A stretch of DNA of 64,000 nucleotides from Syntrophorhabdaceae bacterium. Its GTDB lineage: Bacteria; Desulfobacterota; Syntrophorhabdia; Syntrophorhabdales; Syntrophorhabdaceae. Below, in pieces: positions 9,810 to 17,300 of this stretch. A model generated the notes under the pieces. It made no database searches. It saw nothing but the letters and a program-made list of their open reading frames with translations, and was not told where the DNA came from. A program made the position numbers and the translations under genes. Location of the stretch: positions 288,001 to 352,000 of the forward strand of contig CAXXUO010000002.1 in assembly GCA_963666485.2 (NCBI GenBank), in the 5' to 3' direction. Position 1 is the first letter of the stretch; every line of letters starts with the position of its first letter.

Positions 9810-10676
9810 ATGTGGTTGCGTCGTTTTCTGATTCATTCGTGGACCGTCTCGATCTGTCTTATCATCCTGTTGCTGATCGCGGCAAGGGCTCATGGAGGGG
9901 GAGAGCTTCTTATATTTGCCGGGGCAGCAAGCAAGCCGCCGACAGAAGAAGCGATAAAAGTGTTTGAGAAAAAAACGGGTGTAAAGGTACATGTCGTGTT
10001 CGGAGGGTCCGGCTTTGTTCTGTCCCAGATGTCGCTGGGAAAGAAAGGGGATATTTACTTCCCCGGATCATCCGATTACATGGAAATCGCCAAGAAAAAG
10101 GGGCTTGTGTTCCCGGAGACCGAAAAATATGTCGTGTATCTCGTCCCGGCCATTAACGTTCAAAAAGGAAACCCGAAAAACATCACGTCATTGCAGGACC
10201 TCACCAAACCGGGGATCCGCGTTGCCATCGCCAATCCGGAAGGTGTGTGCGTTGGGCTTTACGCGGTAGAGATCATAGAAAAGAATCTTAACCCTGAGCA
10301 AAAGGCGGCCTTTAGGAAAAATCTCGTTACGTACGTGGAGAGCTGCGAGAAGACCGCGACCGCGATTTCGTTCAAAGCGGTCGATGCGGTCATAGGCTGG
10401 GAGGTCTTCAGGTATTGGGACCCGAAACGCATAGAAACGATTCCTCTCAGGAAACAGGAAGTGGTCCGCATAGGATACATACCGATAGCGGTATCCAAAT
10501 TCACGGCAAACAAGCCTCTTGCGCAAAAATTCATCGATTTTATTCTTTCCGCCGAAGGAAGGGCGTTCTTTAAAAAATATCACTACTTCTTGACCCCTGA
10601 AGAAGCTACATCATGGATCGGTGAAAAAAAGCCGGTCGGGGGAGAATACTCCGTCCCCCGGAGTTGGATAGAGTGA
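9810..10676 (+). CDS. modA: molybdate/tungstate ABC transporter substrate-binding protein
   Basis: Signal peptide, IFAGAASKPP, FGGSG, DIYFPGS, VQKGNPKNI..LQDL.KPG.RVAIANP; ModE box upstream; AAGGAGG RBS. Confidence 0.9.
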   Translation: MWLRRFLIHSWTVSICLIILLLIAARAHGGGELLIFAGAASKPPTEEAIKVFEKKTGVKVHVVFGGSGFVLSQMSLGKKGDIYFPGSSDYMEIAKKKGLVFPETEKYVVYLVPAINVQKGNPKNITSLQDLTKPGIRVAIANPEGVCVGLYAVEIIEKNLNPEQKAAFRKNLVTYVESCEKTATAISFKAVDAVIGWEVFRYWDPKRIETIPLRKQEVVRIGYIPIAVSKFTANKPLAQKFIDFILSAEGRAFFKKYHYFLTPEEATSWIGEKKPVGGEYSVPRSWIE

Positions 10677-10761
10677 TATCGTTACGATCTTACCGCCGGG
10701 AATATAAGGGGCCGGTTTTCTGTAGGAATGAAGTGAAATCAGGTATACAGGTTGGCGCTGA

Positions 10762-11694
10762 TCAAAAAATAATTCTATCCCCGTTCCCGAGGTAAAGATC
10801 GCTTCCGGAGCCGTTGCGCGCCGTGCCGGCCACTACCGGGTAGCCGAGGTCCATCATCCTCCGAACTGCACTCAGTCCTGTACAGTGATTGCAGGCGATC
10901 TTCCTGAAACCGTACGCGCCAAGATCTTCGACGATCTTCTCACCTTTCGCGTCGAGTTCCCCCACAGGGGCGATATGCAAGCCCCCGTACAACCCGTACA
11001 GGTTTTCTCCCCCCTCTATCTGAGTCCGGGCAAACTCGGCAAACGTTATGATGCTCTGATGGCAGCATCCCGTAACACAGACGATGCCCTTGTCCTTTAC
11101 GTGGAAAAAGAGGGATTGTTCGCCCCTTATTCTGAAAGGGACATCGAGATCGAATGTGACCGAGGCACAGCCGGGATACAGCACATATATTACATCCGGG
11201 TCATGCCGGATCAACTCGCCCGTATGGGGAAATGCATTCCCGGCATGGGACAGCGGAAACTGCGCACCTTTCAGCAGTATATGACCTTTTTCCTGAAACG
11301 TGTTGGGGATCATGATCGTAATGTCCGGGTCATGCCTGAGCACCGATGCGATCCCGAAGTAATGGTCGAAATGCTCATGCGTCACATAGAGGAATTCGAT
11401 ATCGCCCCTGTCCAGCATAGCGTCGACGCCTTCACGCTTGAATGCCGCATCCATGTAGCCATTGTTCCAACCGGAATCAAGCAGGAACGTGCGGCGGGAC
11501 CCGTCAAGCCCCTCGACCTCGACCAGGCTGGAATAGCCCCCGCTGTTGCCTTCGTCCCAATCGATCGACCACTGATCGATACTACGGCCTCCTGCCCGTT
11601 CCACGTTTTTCTGCCAGGCATCACCGTCGAGCCAGCTGGTTTCCGAGATGCATGTAATGGCAACGCTCTTGCAAACACCGATATCTGTTTTCAT
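10762..11694 (-). CDS. MBL-fold metallo-hydrolase (COG1237-like)
   Basis: LLDSG, THEHFDHY (HxHxDH), EQSL, TGCCH, GGLH, CNHCTG. Confidence 0.85.
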   Translation of the reverse strand: MKTDIGVCKSVAITCISETSWLDGDAWQKNVERAGGRSIDQWSIDWDEGNSGGYSSLVEVEGLDGSRRTFLLDSGWNNGYMDAAFKREGVDAMLDRGDIEFLYVTHEHFDHYFGIASVLRHDPDITIMIPNTFQEKGHILLKGAQFPLSHAGNAFPHTGELIRHDPDVIYVLYPGCASVTFDLDVPFRIRGEQSLFFHVKDKGIVCVTGCCHQSIITFAEFARTQIEGGENLYGLYGGLHIAPVGELDAKGEKIVEDLGAYGFRKIACNHCTGLSAVRRMMDLGYPVVAGTARNGSGSDLYLGNGDRIIF

Positions 11695-11829
11695 CTCATC
11701 CTGAATGACGCCCCGTCAAGCGCCCGTCTGACCGCCGATACCATTTCCTGCCGGGTGACCGGCTTCATGAATGCTTTTGGGGTCAAGTTCATTGAACAGT
11801 TGAGCTTTGGTCTTGGCTTCGTCCTGCAA
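11691..11829 (-). pseudogene. internally deleted remnant of a hybrid sensor kinase (N-terminus joined to receiver-domain C-terminus)
   Basis: After an AGGGAGA RBS, TTG opens MQDEAKTKAQLFNEL; another frame then reads KAFMKPVTRQEMVSAVRRALD...R*, whose TGA overlaps the ATG of the MBL gene. Confidence 0.55.
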
Positions 11830-12005
11830 TCTGGTTTTCTCCCTGTATTAGCTGAATACTGAATAAATTATATTACATTTTCAAACAAATTGCTTTTGGG
11901 GTCACGTCTTGCATTATCACATTTTGCGTTTTAATGGGACTGGGTAAGGATGTGCCAGTCATAAAATGTTATATTGCAAGACTTGACCCCGGGACTGCGC
12001 CCTTT

Positions 12006-13616
12006 CTATGTTACCCACACACGGTCGAGGGAGATCCCGGAAATATCCACACGGACTGCCGGCATGTTTTTTTCAATGTCCCAGGGGATAAAATAGGTCA
12101 GCTCCTCGATCTCGTCCCTGAAACGGGAATGGAATTTTTTCTTGAGGTGAGCTTCCACATCTTTGATCGTCTTCATGATGCACCGGCTTATACCTGCGCT
12201 CTCATTGAGCGCCTTGAGATACGGCACGGTTTTCAGCTGGTCCAGGGCTTCCTGCGAATGAATTCCTTCCACCTGCCGCCTCATGGCGTATACGTTCCCT
12301 TTATCGCGGATGATCAGGATGATCTCATTTACCAGGACCTTTGCATTGTTGAAGTGCAATTCCCCCTGCGAAGCCCCGATCATTCTGAGCAGCACCCGCC
12401 GTCGCAGGAGATGGTCGAAAACGAGCGTCGACAATCTTTCAAAAATAAAACGCGTGCCCCGGTGATGGAACTCCCTGAGCCTCGTGGGATCGAACCCGAA
12501 ATCGATCAGGTCGGAGATCGTCGGTTTATCAGGCGGGTTGAGCCCTGTCCTCTTCATCCAGTTGTGGAGGTACGGGCGCTGATAGAACGGGAGGCTTTCA
12601 ATGTACAGGGTCGGGTTATCCTTCAGCGTACGCGGCAGGCTATGAAGGATTTCCTCGTTCCCCCACATTCCCCCGTCGTCTTTGCCAAATGTCCAGATCG
12701 AATACGGTTGGATCGGCAAACGTCTGACCGTGTCCGAAAACGATAATTGCTCGAGGGATTCACCGCCGGTATATCCTATCAACGTCTCGATGCGCCTGTG
12801 AAAACCGATGAGCCGCGTGGCAAGCCGCGTGAACATGAAATTCATAAGCGTGTTCGGCGTTCCGGACGCAAGGTCCTCGGCGAAAAGCCTCGACAACGAC
12901 CCGTACACGTTTTGAAATTCCGCTATGGTCCGTTTGACCATGTCCTCGTTGTCGTGCATCTCGATGACGGGCCTTTTCTTTTTGAGAGCGAAAAGGATGC
13001 GGACAAGGTCCGCCTTGAGGTCTCCGGCCGCGGCCGCCTCGGGAAAGAAGACCATGTAGTTTTCAAAGCCCTCCGATCCCCCGTCGCCGATAACATCCGC
13101 CAGCGGCCGCCACCCGAGGTTCGTGTATATCGAATATGTCGGGTCGTCGCCCGGGATGATATTGTCGAGCAATCCCAGGGCCCTCTTCTTTTTCAGGAAA
13201 TCCGCAAAGGCGGTGATGATCCTGCTGCCAAGCCCCAAACGCCGGAAAGCGGGCAAGATCTCGACGTAAACCAGGTAGTAGCACGGGACGGACCTTTTCA
13301 GGTAAAGCATGTTGAGATAGCCTAAGGTCTCATCGTTGTCCGTAGTGAGCTCGAGCGTACAGAAGCGCCTGCGTTGTTCCTTTGCCCGAAAGCGTTCCAC
13401 CTTTGCCCCGTGCACGGTATGGTCAATGAGCTCATGAAGGCCGGCAAATGCCGCGTAGGGTGACGGAGCGTCAAGGCGTTCCATCTGCTCGTCGAAGGTG
13501 AAATTTATCAGGGCCAGGGCATCCGCTGCCCGCATACCGGTCTTCTTTATCCTTGTCCCGATCTGGTCGATCTGTTCCGGCAATGTCATATGCGACCCTA
13601 AACGAAAACGGGCCAT
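12006..13616 (-). CDS. GNAT-domain protein with a large uncharacterised C-terminal region
   Basis: 536-aa ORF; acetyl-CoA-binding motif A VEILPAFRRLGLGSRII and IYTNLGW; I do not recognise the remainder. Confidence 0.75.
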   Translation of the reverse strand: MARFRLGSHMTLPEQIDQIGTRIKKTGMRAADALALINFTFDEQMERLDAPSPYAAFAGLHELIDHTVHGAKVERFRAKEQRRRFCTLELTTDNDETLGYLNMLYLKRSVPCYYLVYVEILPAFRRLGLGSRIITAFADFLKKKRALGLLDNIIPGDDPTYSIYTNLGWRPLADVIGDGGSEGFENYMVFFPEAAAAGDLKADLVRILFALKKKRPVIEMHDNEDMVKRTIAEFQNVYGSLSRLFAEDLASGTPNTLMNFMFTRLATRLIGFHRRIETLIGYTGGESLEQLSFSDTVRRLPIQPYSIWTFGKDDGGMWGNEEILHSLPRTLKDNPTLYIESLPFYQRPYLHNWMKRTGLNPPDKPTISDLIDFGFDPTRLREFHHRGTRFIFERLSTLVFDHLLRRRVLLRMIGASQGELHFNNAKVLVNEIILIIRDKGNVYAMRRQVEGIHSQEALDQLKTVPYLKALNESAGISRCIMKTIKDVEAHLKKKFHSRFRDEIEELTYFIPWDIEKNMPAVRVDISGISLDRVWVT

Positions 13617-13813
13617 GGACCCGCCATGACCCGTTCATATTTCAAACAAACAAGCGCCGGTTACCCCCGGCCGGTCCCGGCTTCATCGCGCCGGCATATC
13701 ATAAGCATAGCACAGGATCTCCCCCGGTGGGGGTGGATCTGGTTTTTTCGGAGATGCAGCCGGGGATAAACCGATCCCGGCCGCATTCCGAACACAAAAT
13801 AAGGGTTTAGGAG

Positions 13814-14302
13814 CTATTTGAGAGGTTCCGGCATGGCTGACGAATGGTGACTGGTAATAAGCCATTTTGTACCGGTCCATCGATACGTGAATGTGTAGCG
13901 CGCATCGATACTCTCTCCTGTTTCGGCAAATGTGAAGGTGTAGAGCCCTGCATCGACGGCACTGTTGCATCCCGGTTCGACAAACCGTTCCTTTATCCGG
14001 CCCGATGGTTTTTTCTCAAGAAAGTGCCGGAAATAGTCTTCTTTTTCTCGGCTCGTCCAGCGAGGCTTATTTGAAACGGTCGGCAGCAGAAGAGAATTCT
14101 CTGCGTACAAAGCAGCGACCTTTCGCGGGTCCCCGGTCAAAAGCGCTTTGTTCCAACGGTCGAATAATGACTCAATTTCACCCGGCGTCGTGCTTTTACA
14201 CGATTGGGTATATGTGTCCGGCCCGCCCTGTGCAGCCGCCTTATGGGTGCATGCGGCCGGCAAAAGGAACAGGAGACATACGATCACTGACAATCTTTTC
14301 AC
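13814..14302 (-). CDS. SgcJ/EcaC (DUF4440/COG4875) family lipoprotein, iota-class carbonic anhydrase-like
   Basis: GTG start after GGAGG; lipobox LPAA-C; LFDRWNKAL.TGDP, LLPTVSN, AGLYTF, ARYTFTY and C-terminal WLITSHHSSAMPE. Confidence 0.8.
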   Translation of the reverse strand: MKRLSVIVCLLFLLPAACTHKAAAQGGPDTYTQSCKSTTPGEIESLFDRWNKALLTGDPRKVAALYAENSLLLPTVSNKPRWTSREKEDYFRHFLEKKPSGRIKERFVEPGCNSAVDAGLYTFTFAETGESIDARYTFTYRWTGTKWLITSHHSSAMPEPLK

Positions 14303-14360
14303 TGAACACCTCCGCATGATGTTATTCAATACGATATCGTGACCGGCGTCAAGGCATTGC

Positions 14361-17300
14361 CTACCACCTGTACTTGAATCCCATTCCCCCCGTATGCAGG
14401 GTCTCATTGGCGGAGAAGGCCCCTTCGTAGGAGAGATAGAGGGAGAGGTTGCCCATACCCTGGCGGATAACGGAAACGCCGGCAACGAGCCTGTCCCTGT
14501 CGGGCCTGTCGGGTATCACCGTGAATGGTGCCCCGGGGTACCCGGTGAAGGAGGCGTTCATGCCGTAGGTGTCGTCAGAGAACTCGTGGTCCCAGCGCAA
14601 CTTCATCTCGGGGATGAGGGTACCGCTCTCGAGGGCGAACTCCTTCCTTAACCTGACGCCAAGAGAGGAGACAAGGGACGAGTAGTTTTGCCTGTCGACG
14701 CTCAAGGCGAGTGTTTCCGCCCCCGACTCGGTAAACCCGTCGCGCAGGAGGTAGCTTGCCTGGATGCCGGCAAGGGGTACGATGTCCATGAAGGTTCCCG
14801 TGAACCTGTACCCCGTCTCCACGTACCCGCTCGCAATGTGCCCCGCGTAACTCGCCTGCGCGATCCGGTCGTCTGAAGAGAATGCGAGCAGCCGCGTCGT
14901 GTCGTAATCGTTGTACCCGTATCCCAAGATGCCGTTCACGTAGACGGGACCATGGGAGTAGACGCCGTATACGGACGCCTGATGGCCCTTCACGTATGCC
15001 GTGTCACTGAGCGCGTCCATGCCGAGCTTCGTATAGGAATACCCCATGGTGATCCCCATGAGAAGCGAAGGGCTGAGCTTCGTGTCGTATCCCATGACGA
15101 ACCCCGAGGTCGCCTGGTCATACCGGGAGGATATGTCGTTCTGTCTCGTCTCCCCGAATCCGCCGTACCCCCGGGCGAAGAAGCCCCATTGCGGTTGTAC
15201 GATGGGCTGGTCGGCTGCCTCGAGGGCGTTGAGCTGGGCAAGGAGCAGGGTAGGCGCGCTTGCGCCCATATCGGTGCGGGAGCCCATGATGGGAAGGCCG
15301 GCAAAAGAGGACCCCGGGTTCCCCGAGAGGAATGAATGCGCCCTTTCCTTCATGACGTCCATATACCTGTTGAACTGGGAGAAACCGGCGGATGCGGATG
15401 CCGTATGGTTATACCCGGCGAGCCTGTCATAGGAGTTCTTCGCCCCCTGGGCGGAGTGGCTCTCGAGACTCGTCATGGCAGACCCCAAGGAGGGCCTACC
15501 CTGCGATACGGCCATCTTGATCCTGTCCTGTGGCACGGGGACCTTATTCTTATCCTGTTCCGCCTTCTCGAAGATGCGCGCGACGCTCTTCTGGTTTGGG
15601 GTCTCGGCCACATCGGAGTACGCCCTGCCGTTGCGGGTGAGCGTCAGGTAGACGTTCTTGCTGTCATAGTTGAGCGAAGGATCGAGGAAAGCGAGGTTCG
15701 TTTCGGCATTCTTGAACGTGCCGTCAACCGTATTGGCGGTGAGGATCGTGTATTTTGTATCCTTCGCATAGGTACCGGTGTCCGCGAGGACGGACACGGT
15801 GCCGCCCATGAGCGTCGCTGTGCCCTGCCCCCGTGAATACCAGTGCGGCTTCGCCACGACGAGCCTGTCGGCCTGACCCATTTCATTGGCCCTGATCATG
15901 AAGAGCGCGCCGGGATTATGGGTGTAATTACCGTAGATGGTCATACGGTTATCCTTGCCGATGGGGTTATTCCTGTTATACGGCATCAAAATACCGCTGT
16001 TCGTGACGTCTCCGGTGATCGTCCCGCTGCCTGTAAGGATGCCGTTGCCGGCGATGTTGACTCCACCTGTGACATCGGTGTTCACCGCAAGGATGCCGTA
16101 TGGTTTTATGTTGGCGTTTGCGAATGAACTGTCCTTGGCCCCGCTTTCAAGGGTCCAGTAAGCGCCCCGTGTGCCGTTGCCGACGTTAAGATTTGTTATG
16201 TTCTTGAAATAGCTGTTGAGAGAATTAGACCCGTAGAGGTTCAGGGTGTTGTTTCCCTTGCCGAGGTCTATCTTCCCGATGATCGTCGCCCCTGTATCGA
16301 GAGAGACAATATCATCTCCCTTACCGCCGTAAATGGCATAGCCGTCATTCCACATCCACTGGAACCAGGATGTGTCCACGCCGCTTACTGTCCCGACAAC
16401 ATAGATGTTCATCGCGCCTTCGGACCGAATGGCGACGGCATCCCCGGACGCGTTGGCGAAGACCTTACCCGAAATGAACATCGCTGTGTCGGGCGTACCG
16501 CCGTTGAGTGCGCCTTTAGCATAGATGCCGTAGGCATTGTGGGCCGTACCCGGAATGCGAAGCCAGTAATTTGCCGGCTCGGCTTTTATCGTACCGGACA
16601 TGATGCGAACGGAGATATCCTTGTCGGCATAAAGGCCGTAAGCGGAGTTAAAACCGGCACCGACGACCCCGCCAACCGTGGTCGCGGAAGCCGATACAGT
16701 GCCCGAGAGGGTATCGATCTTTATGTTTTCGCCGGCATAGAGACCATAGCCTGCAGCGTAGCCGACGCCGCCCGCACCGACCCCGATTGCCGTCCCATGT
16801 GCGTTCACATTTCCCGACAGCGTGCCGATCGTGATGTCCTTCCCTGCATAGAGGCCGTAACCGGTTGTGGACGCCACGCCGACGACGCCGGTCGCGACAT
16901 CTGTCCCGTTTCCTTTCACAGTTCCCGATAACGTATCGATCGTGATATCCTTGCCGGCATAGATTCCGTAACCGGAGCCGTCGCCGCCTCCAACCCCCGC
17001 CGGAATGGCGCCGATCCCGACGCCGGTGCTGAGTGCAAACCCGCTCCCGGTCACGTTTCCGGACAGGGTATCGATCGTAATGGTGTCACCTGCATAAAGA
17101 CCATAACCCGAACCGGCCCCGCCTCCAACCCCGACACCCTGCAGGCCAATTCCGAGCCCGCCACCGACCGCTGTTCCTGACCCGTACACATTGCCTGAAA
17201 GCGTGCCAATTGCGAGGTTATTGCCTGCATAGACACCGTAGCCGGAACCATAACTGAGCCCGGCCGCTGCACCGACGCCAACTCCATCTTCGATTCCCAC

